Assembly: GCA_043822305.1 (NCBI GenBank)
Contig: JBDRBU010000041.1
Coordinates: forward strand, 1 to 26,284
DNA length: 26,284 bases
Reading direction: 5' to 3'
Source: Candidatus Firestoneibacteriota bacterium
GTDB lineage: Bacteria > Oederibacteriota > D2-FULL-39-29 > JBDRBU01
Below, one piece after another: positions 16,046-26,144 of this stretch (position 1 is the stretch's first letter; each line of letters starts with the position of its first letter). Below the pieces are notes generated by a model, which was given only the letters and a program-made list of their open reading frames with translations, did no database searches and was not told the origin of the DNA. The translations under genes were made by a program, and so were the position numbers.

Positions 16046-17731
16046 TTAGGCTAATTCTATATCTTTATAATCTATTGTTTCAGTAATATCGGCACCTGGT
16101 GGAATTATTGGAAAAACATTTTCTTCTCTCTCAATTTTAAAATCGATTATAGTGGGTCTGTCTAATATCTTTAATGATTTTTCTAATGTAGGTTTTACTT
16201 CTTCCTCCTTTGTAACCCTGAATCCAGCGGCACCATATGCTTCGGCAAGCTTAACAAAGTCTGGCTGTTTTGATATATCACAACCTGAATATCTCTTTCC
16301 ATAAAATAACTGTTGCCATTGTCTGGGTAACCCCAGATAGCCATTATTTAGGATGGCAACTTTAACTGGTAGTTTATGCTCAACGGCTACAATTAATTCC
16401 TGGATATTCATTTGAATACTCCCATCTCCAGCGATATCAAAAACTATTTTATCTGGCTTTCCAAACTGAGCTCCAATGGCCGCCGGAAATCCATATCCCA
16501 TCGTTCCAAGACCTCCAGAAGAAAGAAGCGACCTTGGATAGTTAAATTTATAAAACTGTGCTGTCCACATTTGATTCTGTCCAACTTCTGTCGTAATAAT
16601 AGCATCTCCTTTTACAACTTCATAGATTTGTTCAACAACGAACTGTGGTTTTAATTTTCCCTTTCGGCTATAAGTTAACGGGTATTTCTTTTGCCATTCC
16701 CTGATTTGCTTCCACCAACCAGGATTCTTCTTAGATGCTATTTCTTTGTTTAATTCTGTTAAAATATTCTTTGCATCACCTACTATGGGTATATCTACCG
16801 CAACATTTTTACTAATAGATGCTGGGTCTATATCAATATGAATGATTTTAGAATTAACCGCAAATTTATCTAATTTCCCGGTAACTCTATCATCAAATCT
16901 TGCACCAACGGCAATTATTAAATCTGCTTCACACATTGCATAATTAGAAGTTCTTGTTCCATGCATCCCAATCATACCCAGAAACTGGGAATGCATGCCA
17001 GGGAACCCTCCCAGTCCAAGTAATGTAAGTCCAACGGGAGCATCAATTTTTTCTGCAAGTAATTTTAACTCTTTACAGGCATTAGAAATTATAACTCCAC
17101 CACCGGCATATATCATTGGTTTTTTGCATTGTTTTATGGCTTCAGCTGCTTTTTTTATTTGAACTGGATGCCCTTTATATGTTGGCTTATAACTTCTTAT
17201 ATTAACTGTTTCTGGATAATTAAATTCACATTCACCTTTACTTATATCAACTGGAACATCTATGACTACAGGACCAGGTCTTCCAGTTCTGGCAATATAA
17301 AATGCTTCTTTAACAATTCTTGTTAAGTCATTTATATTCTTTACTAAATAATTATGTTTTGTAATAGGTCTTGTTATTCCTATTGTATCTGCTTCTTGAA
17401 AGGCATCACTCCCAATAAGACTTGTCGTAACTTGCCCAGTAATTGCGACCATAGGAACAGAATCCATATAAGCCGTAGCAATACCCGTTATTAAATTCGT
17501 AGCCCCAGGACCTGATGTGGCCAGACATACTCCAACTTTCCCGGTTGCTCTTGCAAATCCATCGGCCATATGTGCTGCCCCCTGCTCATGCCTTGTTAAT
17601 ATTAATTTAACTGGACTTTCGTATAATGCATCAAAAATTGGAAGAACAACTCCGCCGGGTAATCCAAATATGATTTCTACTCCTTCTTTATGTAAAGATT
17701 CAATTAATATTTCAGCACCTTTTTTCTTCAT
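16046..17731 (-). CDS. ilvB: Acetolactate synthase large subunit, biosynthetic type
   Basis: 561 aa with [49 protein letters not shown] and the GDGS...LNN TPP motif. Confidence 0.96.
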   Translation of the reverse strand: MKKKGAEILIESLHKEGVEIIFGLPGGVVLPIFDALYESPVKLILTRHEQGAAHMADGFARATGKVGVCLATSGPGATNLITGIATAYMDSVPMVAITGQVTTSLIGSDAFQEADTIGITRPITKHNYLVKNINDLTRIVKEAFYIARTGRPGPVVIDVPVDISKGECEFNYPETVNIRSYKPTYKGHPVQIKKAAEAIKQCKKPMIYAGGGVIISNACKELKLLAEKIDAPVGLTLLGLGGFPGMHSQFLGMIGMHGTRTSNYAMCEADLIIAVGARFDDRVTGKLDKFAVNSKIIHIDIDPASISKNVAVDIPIVGDAKNILTELNKEIASKKNPGWWKQIREWQKKYPLTYSRKGKLKPQFVVEQIYEVVKGDAIITTEVGQNQMWTAQFYKFNYPRSLLSSGGLGTMGYGFPAAIGAQFGKPDKIVFDIAGDGSIQMNIQELIVAVEHKLPVKVAILNNGYLGLPRQWQQLFYGKRYSGCDISKQPDFVKLAEAYGAAGFRVTKEEEVKPTLEKSLKILDRPTIIDFKIEREENVFPIIPPGADITETIDYKDIELA

Positions 17732-17733
17732 AA

Positions 17734-19404
17734 TTAAGTTTCCTCCCTCTTAAAAACTGCACCCAGACTTGATGAAGATACCATTTTTGCATATCTACCC
17801 AGATATCCAGTTTTTATTTTAGGCTCAGGTTTTTTCCATTTTGCAAGTCTTTCTTTTATTTCTTCTTTGGATAATCGGACATTTAATTTTCTTTTTGGTA
17901 TATCAATCTCAATAATATCTCCATCTTTTAATATGGCTAGAGGACCTCCATCTGCTGCTTCAGGGCATATATGCCCTACAGCCGCTCCACGAGTTCCACC
18001 CGAAAACCTCCCATCAGTTATTAAAGCCACATCTTTGATTTTCATCCCAGAAATAGCAGCTGTTAAACTTAACATCTCCTGCATCCCCGGACCGCCTTTT
18101 GGACCTTCATATCGGACAACAATCACATCTCCTTTTTTTATTTTTCCACTAAGTACTGCTTTTATAGTTTCGCCTTCTGAATTAAAAACCTTGGCCGGAC
18201 CACTATGCCTCATCATTTCGGGGATAACGGCTGATTGTTTTACAACAGCACCATCCTCGGCTATGTTGCCATATAATATGGCCAGTCCTCCTTCTTTTCT
18301 ATAAGCATTATCCCAGTCTCTTATCACCTCTGGACTTTTTACTTTAGAATCAGAAATATTTTCTTTAATCATCTTACCGGTAACAGTAAGACAGTTTAAA
18401 TTTACCCTATCATTATCTGCTAAAACTTTAAGCATGGCAGAAACACCGCCCGCAAAATATAAATCCTCCATAAAATGTACTCCACCCGGGCTTAACGAAC
18501 AAATATAACGAGTCTTTGCGCTAATATCTTCAAACTTTTTTAAATTCAAATTTATACCTGATTCATACGCTAAGGCCAGTAAATGTAATATTGTATTTGT
18601 CGAGCCGCCAAAGGCCATATCTATAGTAATTGCATTTTCAAATGCCTTTAAAGTCAATATATCAAGTGGTTTTATATCTTTTTTAATAAGTTCCAAAATT
18701 TTTATACCTGTATATTTTGCTAATCGTATTCTTTCCGCATAAACAGCCGGTATAGTGCCCTGACCAGGTAATCCTAGGCCAATGGCTTCGGTAATACAAT
18801 TCATAGAGTTTGCGGTAAACATACCCGCACAACTTCCACATCCTGGGCAGGCAACATCCTCCATTTTGTTTAACTCTTTTAAGGTTAAATCTCCTGCTTT
18901 AACTTTCCCAATTCCTTCAAACATCCCTTTCACTAAATCAGTTTTTATTCCCTCATAAATACCGGCCAGCATAGGTCCACCACTAATAAATATAGAAGGA
19001 ATATTTAGTCTGGCTGATGCCATGAGCATACCCGGAATGATTTTATCACAGTTGGCCACAAAGACTAATCCATCAAATGGATGGGCCATAACTTCACATT
19101 CAATAGAATCAGCAATAATTTCCCTGCTTGGAAGTGAGTACTTCATCCCATTATGACTCATCGTTATTCCATCACAAATACCAATAACTCCAAACTCAAT
19201 TGGAGTTCCACCCGCCATTCTTACTCCTGATTTTACCGCTTCTACAATTTTATTCAAATGAATATGCCCGGGAATAATCTCGTTAAAAGAGTTAACTATC
19301 CCTATCATCGGTTGATTAATTTCTTCATTTATATATCCCATGGCCTTAAAAAGGGATCTATGTGGTGCCTTTTCTAAACCTTTTTTCATGACATCACTTC
19401 GCAT
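17734..19404 (-). CDS. ilvD: Dihydroxy-acid dehydratase (556 aa)
   Basis: Start moved to the ATG at 19404 behind GGAGG. Motifs [48 protein letters not shown] and TDGRFSGG. Confidence 0.96.
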   Translation of the reverse strand: MRSDVMKKGLEKAPHRSLFKAMGYINEEINQPMIGIVNSFNEIIPGHIHLNKIVEAVKSGVRMAGGTPIEFGVIGICDGITMSHNGMKYSLPSREIIADSIECEVMAHPFDGLVFVANCDKIIPGMLMASARLNIPSIFISGGPMLAGIYEGIKTDLVKGMFEGIGKVKAGDLTLKELNKMEDVACPGCGSCAGMFTANSMNCITEAIGLGLPGQGTIPAVYAERIRLAKYTGIKILELIKKDIKPLDILTLKAFENAITIDMAFGGSTNTILHLLALAYESGINLNLKKFEDISAKTRYICSLSPGGVHFMEDLYFAGGVSAMLKVLADNDRVNLNCLTVTGKMIKENISDSKVKSPEVIRDWDNAYRKEGGLAILYGNIAEDGAVVKQSAVIPEMMRHSGPAKVFNSEGETIKAVLSGKIKKGDVIVVRYEGPKGGPGMQEMLSLTAAISGMKIKDVALITDGRFSGGTRGAAVGHICPEAADGGPLAILKDGDIIEIDIPKRKLNVRLSKEEIKERLAKWKKPEPKIKTGYLGRYAKMVSSSSLGAVFKREET

Positions 19405-19451
19405 TTTTCCTCCAAGCAATTATATCCTAAAATCTTCTTAAAAGCAACAAA

Positions 19452-20690
19452 TTAAATAGGGACAGACACCATATTCTTTGCTTCATCATAAATTATCCTG
19501 ACCGGAATATTTTTCTTTTTTGATATCCTCTTACAATCATTAAATTCAGGCGAGATACTTATTATCCTACCTTTTAATTTGCCAATCTTTGTTTTAACCA
19601 TTCCCCATTTTGTTTTTATGTATTTAAATTCTTTGATTAATTTAAATCTTTTTGCATAATAATATCTTACTCCAAAAGTTGTTGTTTCATTTAAAATATC
19701 TTCTATAATTTTATTCTGGTCTTCTTTTTCACATAACACTGTTAATTTAATTGCTGGTCTGTTCTTTTTCATATGAATATTAGTTAAAGATACATCAAGA
19801 GCATTAGATTTAAATAGTTTTTCTATTAAACTATCATAAAATAATGGGGACATATCATCTATATTTGTTTCAACAACAGCAATTTCGTCCCACAGGGACT
19901 TCCTTCGGTCGTCCCACGGGGACTTCCTTCGGTCGTCAGATTCTGCTTCTTCATTATTTAAACTTCCAATTAAAACTCTTAGTACATTTGGGTGCTGACC
20001 AAAATCAATACTACCCGCACTATATCCTATATTTTCTACAACAAATTTATTTTTCTGAAATTTATCTTTTCTATCTACAAGATAAGATAAAATACTTGCA
20101 CCGGTTGGAGTAGCTGTCTCAAAAGGAATATCACTAAAATATACGGGAAGTCCTTTAAGAAGTTCTAATGTTGCTGGGGCTGGATTTGGCAAAACCCCAT
20201 GAGAACAGACTATCTTGCAATTTCCACCCAGATTAATTGGCGAAACAAATACTTTATAAATGTTCAATTCTTTTAAGCAAATTAAAGTTCCAACAATGTC
20301 TACTATTGTGTCAATTCCACCTATCTCATGAAAATAAATTTCATTTATCTTTTCTCCATGAATCTTGCTTTCAATTTTAGCTAAGTTACAAAAAATATCT
20401 TTTGCTTTTCTTTTTATCTCGTTGTCTAATAAACTTTTTTCTATGATTTTTACAATATCTGAATATCTTCGGTGAGTATGTTTTTTCTCGTTTTTAGCTA
20501 CAACATCTACTTTTACCGCGTTAATAATCCCTCTTTTAACCTTTTTTATCTTTAAATTAAAATCTCTTAATTTTAATTTTTTAAGTTCTTGGTTTAACGT
20601 TTCAAATGAAACTCCGGCATCAATAAGTGCACCCAGAATCATATCCCCGGAAATTCCGGAGAAGCAGTCAAAATAAAGTATTTTTTTCAA
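19452..20690 (-). CDS. larC: Nickel pincer cofactor biosynthesis protein LarC, with an in-frame 16-aa repeat-derived insertion
   Basis: TTG start behind GGAGG. Motifs YFDCFSGISGDMILGALID, FHEIGGIDTIVDIVG, HGVLPNPAPAT, TPTGA, ETNIDD, MKKNRP, ETTTFGVR and PEFNDC. Confidence 0.93.
   Translation of the reverse strand: MKKILYFDCFSGISGDMILGALIDAGVSFETLNQELKKLKLRDFNLKIKKVKRGIINAVKVDVVAKNEKKHTHRRYSDIVKIIEKSLLDNEIKRKAKDIFCNLAKIESKIHGEKINEIYFHEIGGIDTIVDIVGTLICLKELNIYKVFVSPINLGGNCKIVCSHGVLPNPAPATLELLKGLPVYFSDIPFETATPTGASILSYLVDRKDKFQKNKFVVENIGYSAGSIDFGQHPNVLRVLIGSLNNEEAESDDRRKSPWDDRRKSLWDEIAVVETNIDDMSPLFYDSLIEKLFKSNALDVSLTNIHMKKNRPAIKLTVLCEKEDQNKIIEDILNETTTFGVRYYYAKRFKLIKEFKYIKTKWGMVKTKIGKLKGRIISISPEFNDCKRISKKKNIPVRIIYDEAKNMVSVPI
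19885..19937. repeat. Tandem 2.2 x 24-bp GC-rich repeat inside larC
   Basis: TCGTCCCACAGGGACTTCCTTCGG / TCGTCCCACGGGGACTTCCTTCGG / TCGTC. Read as DDRRKSPW-DDRRKSLW in LarC. Confidence 0.95.
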
Positions 20691-21446
20691 TTAACCTCCT
20701 CTTAAAAATTTATCCAGTATTTCTTTCAACCCATCAACATTAACCTTGGTGTTAAAGCAAGGACCATGCTGTCTTATATTAATAATCCCAACCATATAAA
20801 AAGGAGATATATCCATCAGGCCACTAATCAGTTCTCTCTCGCAAGCAACGGCCATAGCGATCCTTGGTTTAAACTTCATTATGGCCTCTCTGGCTTGTTC
20901 TCCACCGGTAACAACTATTGTTCTAACATTAGTATTTTTTATAACACTATTTATCTTTACTATATCACATTTTCCACATCCTTTACAATTCTTTATATCA
21001 AGCCTTACATCATTTTTGCACTCATTATTTTGCATACATCTTGGAAGTAAAATTAGTATTTTATCTGCCGATACTTTAATCTTTTTAGATTTTATTAAAC
21101 AATTATTTAATTCTATGTAAGAACTTTCAGTATTTTCTTTTTTTATGCTAAAAATTTTTCCCAAGAGGAAAGCAATTGGAAATAATAATTTCATTAAGAA
21201 ATTATTCATGACTAATGAAGTAAAATTTTTTCTAATGATTATAGATAAAATATTTAGAAGTAAATTGGCCCCAATTAATAATAAAAAAACGAGCAAAAGA
21301 TATTCAATAACTATATTAGGGCTTTTAAGAATATATTTCCAGACAACAAATATGAAAAATGCAAGAAGGATATAAGAACCAAGTAAAAGTTCTACAATTA
21401 CCCTTTTTTTGGGCCTAATCTCTTTAAAAATATCTATTTTTTTCAT
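20691..21446 (-). CDS. DUF116 domain-containing membrane protein
   Basis: N-terminal TM segments, then ILLPRCMQ, CKGCGKCDI, VVTGG, AVACERELISG and GPCFNT. Confidence 0.88.
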   Translation of the reverse strand: MKKIDIFKEIRPKKRVIVELLLGSYILLAFFIFVVWKYILKSPNIVIEYLLLVFLLLIGANLLLNILSIIIRKNFTSLVMNNFLMKLLFPIAFLLGKIFSIKKENTESSYIELNNCLIKSKKIKVSADKILILLPRCMQNNECKNDVRLDIKNCKGCGKCDIVKINSVIKNTNVRTIVVTGGEQAREAIMKFKPRIAMAVACERELISGLMDISPFYMVGIINIRQHGPCFNTKVNVDGLKEILDKFLRGG

Positions 21447-21457
21447 TCAAATCACTT

Positions 21458-21556
21458 TGACTTTCCATAATGTAAATAAATAATACTTGTCCTGTGCCTG
21501 AACCTTGCGAATGGTACAGGATTAGGAATAGTTGTTCGCCAAAGCGAACAGACTAT
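21458..21556 (-). repeat. Copy of the composite hairpin element with an extra internal hairpin
   Basis: TGACTTTCCATAATGTAAATAA (21458-21479), internal TCCTGTGCC...GGTACAGGA (21490-21521), then TTAGGA-ATAGTTGTTCGCCAAAGCGAACAGACTAT ending at 21556. Confidence 0.85.
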
Positions 21557-21557
21557 T

Positions 21558-22079
21558 TTATTTGTGATATTTTATTAAAGACTTCACCTTGTAATCTTTT
21601 AACTTTTTTGCTCCATTCAGAAATACAAGTTCTATAAGAAAATACAAATGAACAACCTCTCCTCCGCATTTTTCTACTAACTTAACCACTGCTTCTGCTG
21701 TTCCACCCGTAGCCAGGACATCGTCAACTATAAGAACTTTATCTCCTTTTTTAATAGCATCCTCATGCATCTCCACTGTATCTGTCCCATATTCCAAAGT
21801 ATATGTTTCTTTTACAGTTTTCCTTGGCAATTTGCCGGGCTTTCTAACAGGGACAAAACCTACTTTTAAACCCATAGAAACAGGGACACCCAAAAGAAAC
21901 CCACGGGATTCCATGGCCACAACTTTATTTATCCCTTTATCTTTACAAAAATTTACACAATTATCTATAACCGTACTTACTGCTTCTGGATTTATAAGAA
22001 GGGGGGTAATATCTTTAAAAACTATTCCTTTTTTGGGAAAGTCAACTACATCAACGATCAATTCAGCAATCTCTTTCAT
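21558..22079 (-). CDS. apt: Adenine phosphoribosyltransferase
   Basis: DFPKKGIVFKDITPLL, ESRGF, RKPGKLP, YTLEYG and VLIVDDVLATGGT. Confidence 0.97.
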   Translation of the reverse strand: MKEIAELIVDVVDFPKKGIVFKDITPLLINPEAVSTVIDNCVNFCKDKGINKVVAMESRGFLLGVPVSMGLKVGFVPVRKPGKLPRKTVKETYTLEYGTDTVEMHEDAIKKGDKVLIVDDVLATGGTAEAVVKLVEKCGGEVVHLYFLIELVFLNGAKKLKDYKVKSLIKYHK

Positions 22080-22098
22080 CTTAAACCTCCTGATTTTG

Positions 22099-22143
22099 TC
22101 CCCCTTTAATTCCCCCTTAATAAAGGGGGTTAGGGGGTTGTTT
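22099..22143. repeat. CCCCCTT...AAGGGGG palindromic repeat, copy 1 (possible terminator or mRNA stabiliser)
   Basis: TCCCCCTTTAATTCCCCCTTAATAAAGGGGGTTAGGGGGTTGTTT, immediately after the DUF47 stop codon. Confidence 0.75.
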
Positions 22144-22144
22144 T

Positions 22145-22747
22145 TTACGCCATCTTCACCACAATATCACCAATAACATTTGCTGATTCATCGCACCTAT
22201 CAGCCGCATTACTTAAATGTCTATATACTTCTCTCATCTTTAGCATATAAATAATATCTTTTCCCTTAAATAAATCAACCAAGGCATCTCTATATATATA
22301 CTCCATTTGATTTTCAAAACTTTTTGCTCGGACAGCATGCTCATTGGCTATATTTGGATTTTTTTCTAATCTTAAAACAGCATCATTGATTTCTTTCGTG
22401 CCACTTGCAAGTATTTCAGCCATTTTTTGCAAATAAAAGTCTGGCTTTATCTCAAATACTTCCATCTCGTCAACTGTGCTTTTTCCATAATCTATTATAT
22501 CATCAATATCAAGAGAAAGCGCAAATATATCTTCTCTGTCAATTGGAGTAACAAATGTTTTGTTTAATTCATCTATTAATATTCTTCTAACTTCATCCGA
22601 GTGCTTTTCCAAATCTCTAACATTTTTTGCATTCATTTCACTCGGGTCCTTTAGATACTCCTGTAAGGCTTGTATCCCTTGTAGTGTTGAACTTGCTTGA
22701 TTGATTAGAATTTGAAAAAAATTACATTTACTTTTTCTAAAAAACAT
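22145..22747 (-). CDS. DUF47 family phosphate transport regulator (PhoU-like)
   Basis: EKHSDEVRR...LNKTFVTPIDREDIFAL...DDIID, EVYRHLSNAADRC. Adjacent to a PiT gene. Confidence 0.92.
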   Translation of the reverse strand: MFFRKSKCNFFQILINQASSTLQGIQALQEYLKDPSEMNAKNVRDLEKHSDEVRRILIDELNKTFVTPIDREDIFALSLDIDDIIDYGKSTVDEMEVFEIKPDFYLQKMAEILASGTKEINDAVLRLEKNPNIANEHAVRAKSFENQMEYIYRDALVDLFKGKDIIYMLKMREVYRHLSNAADRCDESANVIGDIVVKMA

Positions 22748-22767
22748 ATCTTCCTCCTTATTTTACG

Positions 22768-22801
22768 ATTCCCCCTTACCAAAGGGGGTTAGGGGTTGTT
22801 T
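22768..22801. repeat. CCCCCTT...AAGGGGG palindromic repeat, copy 2
   Basis: ATTCCCCCTTACCAAAGGGGGTTAGGGGTTGTTT, near-identical to 22109-22143. Confidence 0.75.
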
Positions 22802-22807
22802 AAATAA

Positions 22808-23788
22808 TTACCGTATCAAATTAATCATCTTATACGATAAACCAGCGATTATTGCTGATAATGGTAAAGTTAAAACCCAGGCAAGTAAAATATCCGTAAC
22901 TACTGTCCATCGAACTTTACTTAAACTTATGCTGGATCCAACTCCAACAACAGAAGAACTTACAATATGCGTAGTGCTAACCGGTCCACCAATAAGAGCC
23001 GCGGCTAAAATTACAAGACTGGAAGAAAACTGAACACTAAATCCATGCATAGGTCTTATTTTAAATATTTTAGTCCCTACTGTTTTTGCTATCTTTAAAC
23101 CACCTGAGGCTATACCTAAGGCTAAAGCAATAGCACAAATAAATATAACCCATGTGGGCACAACAAAATTATTCTGAATTTTTAACATGACCAATCCCAT
23201 GGTAATTATTCCCATGGTTTTTTGAGCATCATTCCCGCCATGGCTTAAAGCTAAAAAGGTTGAACTAACTACCTGTAAAGATTTAAAAACATTATTAATT
23301 TTCGGTGTAGCCTTTACTGTTAATTTGTGTAAAATTTTTGTAAACACAAACCCAATTAAAAATCCTATTATAGGTGAACTAAACAGGATTAAAACTACTT
23401 TTAATATTCCATTTAAATTAATCTTTCCTATTCCAGAAGAAATGCAAACAGCACCAACAAGCCCTCCGATTAAAGCATGCGAAGAACTTGAAGGAAGTCC
23501 AAAAGACCATGTTATTAAATTCCATATTATAGCACCACTTAAAGCAGCTAATATTACTTTAAGGTTAATACAACCCGGAACTATTATATCATTTCCTATG
23601 GTTTTTGCCACAGCAGTTCCTAATAAAAATGGCCCTATTAGTTCGGCAACTGAGGCTAAGACTAATGCAGATTGAACAGATATTGCTCTTGAAGAAACAA
23701 TGGTAGCAATTATATTTGAACTATCATGAAAACCATTTAGATAGTCAAAAATTAACGCAACTATTATTAAAATTATTAATGCTTCCAT
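22808..23788 (-). CDS. pit: Inorganic phosphate transporter, PiT family
   Basis: NGFHDSSN, GLPSSSSHALIGG, HGGNDAQKTMG and GPVSTTH signature motifs. Confidence 0.94.
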   Translation of the reverse strand: MEALIILIIVALIFDYLNGFHDSSNIIATIVSSRAISVQSALVLASVAELIGPFLLGTAVAKTIGNDIIVPGCINLKVILAALSGAIIWNLITWSFGLPSSSSHALIGGLVGAVCISSGIGKINLNGILKVVLILFSSPIIGFLIGFVFTKILHKLTVKATPKINNVFKSLQVVSSTFLALSHGGNDAQKTMGIITMGLVMLKIQNNFVVPTWVIFICAIALALGIASGGLKIAKTVGTKIFKIRPMHGFSVQFSSSLVILAAALIGGPVSTTHIVSSSVVGVGSSISLSKVRWTVVTDILLAWVLTLPLSAIIAGLSYKMINLIR

Positions 23789-23804
23789 ATGATAGTCGCA
23801 GGCT

Positions 23805-24824
23805 TTAAAGCGTTAGTGCCGGATTAGCATTTAATGTCCAATCACTAAACTCGTTTCTTAAAAATTTATAATACCCAATAAGTGCAATCATAACTCCATT
23901 ATCAGTGCAAAAAATCGGACTTGGGTAATAAATATCCATCTCTTCTTTTTCGCCTCGCTCCTTAAATTCTTTTTTTAGTGCTTTGTTAACAATAACCCCT
24001 CCACCTAAGACTATCCTTTTTATATCTAATTTTTTGGCAACATCAATAGTTTTATTAAGTAAAGCAGAAATAGCTGCATTTTGAAAACCAGCACATAAAT
24101 CATTTTGCCGGACATTTTTATTTTCCTGTAAAAAATTCAAAACTGCTGTTTTTAATCCACTAAAACTAAAATCTAAACTACCGTCTTTCATAATTGCTTC
24201 GGGAAATTTATAACTTTTTTTTGAATCTTTTGCTAATTTTTCTATATAAGGACCACCAGGATACCCTAAGCCAAGCAACTTAGCAATTTTATCAAATGCT
24301 TCACCACAGGCATCGTCTCTGGTTTTTCCTAATATTTCATAATGACCAAAATCATTTACTTTAACCAATTCAGTGTGACCACCCGAAACGATTAAACCAA
24401 TAAAAGGAAATTTTATTTTTGGATTTTCCAAAAAAGAAGAAAATACATGCCCTTCCAAGTGATTAACTCCTATTAAAGGAATGTTTCTTACATAAGATAT
24501 GGATTTGGCTACTTCAATCCCTGTGAGAAGACAGCCAACCAAACCAGGCCCATATGTAACGGCCACTGCATTTATATCATTTAAAGTAAGATTTGCCTCT
24601 TCTAATGCTTTAGTTATTTCAGCATAGATAACTTCCAGATGACTTCTTGATGCAAGTTCTGGAACAACTCCTCCAAACTCTTTGTGAATATTTATTTGTG
24701 ATGAAACAATATTTGATAAGACTTTCTTCCCATCACAAATTATTCCTAGGCCAGTATCATCACAAGAAGTTTCTATCCCTAAAATTATTCTTCTATTTTT
24801 CGACACTAATCTTTTCAACTCCAC
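23805..24824 (-). CDS. tsaD: tRNA N6-adenosine threonylcarbamoyltransferase
   Basis: ILGIETSCDDT, GGVVPELASRSH, NHLEGH, VSGGHT, DDACGEAFDK, FSFSGLKT and CTDNGVMI. The start is uncertain (GTG/TTG options overlapping the serS end). Confidence 0.96.
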   Translation of the reverse strand: MELKRLVSKNRRIILGIETSCDDTGLGIICDGKKVLSNIVSSQINIHKEFGGVVPELASRSHLEVIYAEITKALEEANLTLNDINAVAVTYGPGLVGCLLTGIEVAKSISYVRNIPLIGVNHLEGHVFSSFLENPKIKFPFIGLIVSGGHTELVKVNDFGHYEILGKTRDDACGEAFDKIAKLLGLGYPGGPYIEKLAKDSKKSYKFPEAIMKDGSLDFSFSGLKTAVLNFLQENKNVRQNDLCAGFQNAAISALLNKTIDVAKKLDIKRIVLGGGVIVNKALKKEFKERGEKEEMDIYYPSPIFCTDNGVMIALIGYYKFLRNEFSDWTLNANPALTL

Positions 24825-26064
24825 CTAAGTAAGGTCTTAAAACTTCAGGAATATATACATCTCCATTTGCCATCTGATAATTCTCCAATATCGCGGCTAA
24901 TGTTCTTCCAACGGCAAGACCTGAACCATTTAAGGTATGCACAAACTCTAATTTTCCTTTTCTTTTAAATTTAATATTCGCCCGTCTGGCCTGAAAATCT
25001 GTACAATTACTACAAGAAGATATTTCTTTAAAAGCATTAAGCCCTGGCATCCATACTTCTAAATCGTATGTTTTTGCAGAAGCAAATCCTAAATCTCCAG
25101 TGCATAACATTATAACCCTGTAATGTAAGTTTAATTTTTTCAATATTTCTTCTGCTTCAAGAACCATTGTTTCAATCTCATTAAAAGATTTTTCCGGGTG
25201 GGTAAATTGAAATATTTCCACTTTATCAAACTGATGTTGTCTGATTAAACCTCTTACATCTTTACCATATGAACCTGCTTCTCTTCTAAAACAAGCACTA
25301 TATGAAACATAATAAAGCGGGAGTTTGGCTTCTTCTAAAACCTCATCTTTATGCATATTCAATAAAGTTACCTCTGCAGTTGGAATTAGATATAAATCAT
25401 CGTCTTTACATTTATAAAGTTCTTCAGCAAATCTTGGAAGTTGTCCACTTCCTTGCATGCTTTTTGAATTAACAAGATATGGCGAAGAAATTTCAGTATA
25501 GCCATTTTTTATATGAATATCTAACATAAAATTAATAAGAGCTCTTTCTAACATGGCACCCATTTTTTTATAGATTGAAAAACGAGAAGATGACAATTTA
25601 ACTGCTCTTTCAAAATCAATAATTTCTAATGTTTCTCCTATGTCCCAGTGCGGTAAAGGGTTAAAAGAAAACTCCGGTGGCTGGCCTACTCTTTTAACTT
25701 CTATATTGCCTGTTGGGTCCTTACCAACCGGAACATCTTTATCTGGAATATTTGGTATTAATAAAAGAAGAGCCTTAAACTTTTCTTCAATTTCGGGCAG
25801 GTATTTATCTATCTCGTTGATTTCTTTGTTTAATTCTGTCACTTCTATTATTTTATCTTTAGCATCTTTTTTTTCTTTTTTAAGAATTGCGATTTCATCT
25901 GTTATTTTATTTTTCTTTGCTTTTAATTTTTCTATTTCCTGTATCTTGTTTTTCCTCTGGTTATCTAAACTTAAAATTTCTTCTAAGTTTAAATCTGTAT
26001 TTCTGTCTTTTAACGCTTTTTTAATTAAATCAGTATTTTCCCTTAAGATTTTTAAATCTAACAT
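24793..26064 (-). CDS. serS: Serine--tRNA ligase
   Basis: N-terminal coiled coil, LIPTAEV, FRREAGSYG, GLIRQHQFDKVE, EISSCSNCTDFQARR and HTLNGSGLAVGRT. AAGGAG RBS upstream. Confidence 0.98.
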   Translation of the reverse strand: MLDLKILRENTDLIKKALKDRNTDLNLEEILSLDNQRKNKIQEIEKLKAKKNKITDEIAILKKEKKDAKDKIIEVTELNKEINEIDKYLPEIEEKFKALLLLIPNIPDKDVPVGKDPTGNIEVKRVGQPPEFSFNPLPHWDIGETLEIIDFERAVKLSSSRFSIYKKMGAMLERALINFMLDIHIKNGYTEISSPYLVNSKSMQGSGQLPRFAEELYKCKDDDLYLIPTAEVTLLNMHKDEVLEEAKLPLYYVSYSACFRREAGSYGKDVRGLIRQHQFDKVEIFQFTHPEKSFNEIETMVLEAEEILKKLNLHYRVIMLCTGDLGFASAKTYDLEVWMPGLNAFKEISSCSNCTDFQARRANIKFKRKGKLEFVHTLNGSGLAVGRTLAAILENYQMANGDVYIPEVLRPYLGGVEKISVEK

Positions 26065-26100
26065 TGTTGACTCTCCTTAGTGTAAAATACAATATTGGTC

Positions 26101-26126
26101 ATACTTGATTGCGAAGCAATCAGAGT
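26101..26126 (-). repeat. Hairpin-only copy of the composite element
   Basis: ATACTTGATTGCGAAGCAATCAGAGT is the reverse complement of 5537-5562 with a single loop mismatch. Confidence 0.8.
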
Positions 26127-26144
26127 TACTCTCTTCCCCCTTTA

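Noticed and set aside
19452..20690. larC without larA/larB/larE nearby
   Set aside because: lar biosynthesis genes are frequently scattered, so absence from one window is not informative.
23792..23807. ATAGTCGCAGGCTTTA, a possible half REP overlapping the tsaD stop
   Set aside because: No second arm and no close copy in the window. Too short to support.
2142..26080. Numerous plus-strand ORFs of 60-180 aa in the ORF track, plus 10768..10995 (-)
   Set aside because: All lie antisense to, or out of frame within, well-supported genes and show no independent motifs. They are shadow ORFs.
26065..26144. T-box or attenuator upstream of serS; leader peptide upstream of ilvD
   Set aside because: No T-box consensus is visible and the hairpin there belongs to the dispersed repeat family. 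ilvD starts under 50 bp after larC, with no Ile/Leu/Val-rich leader.
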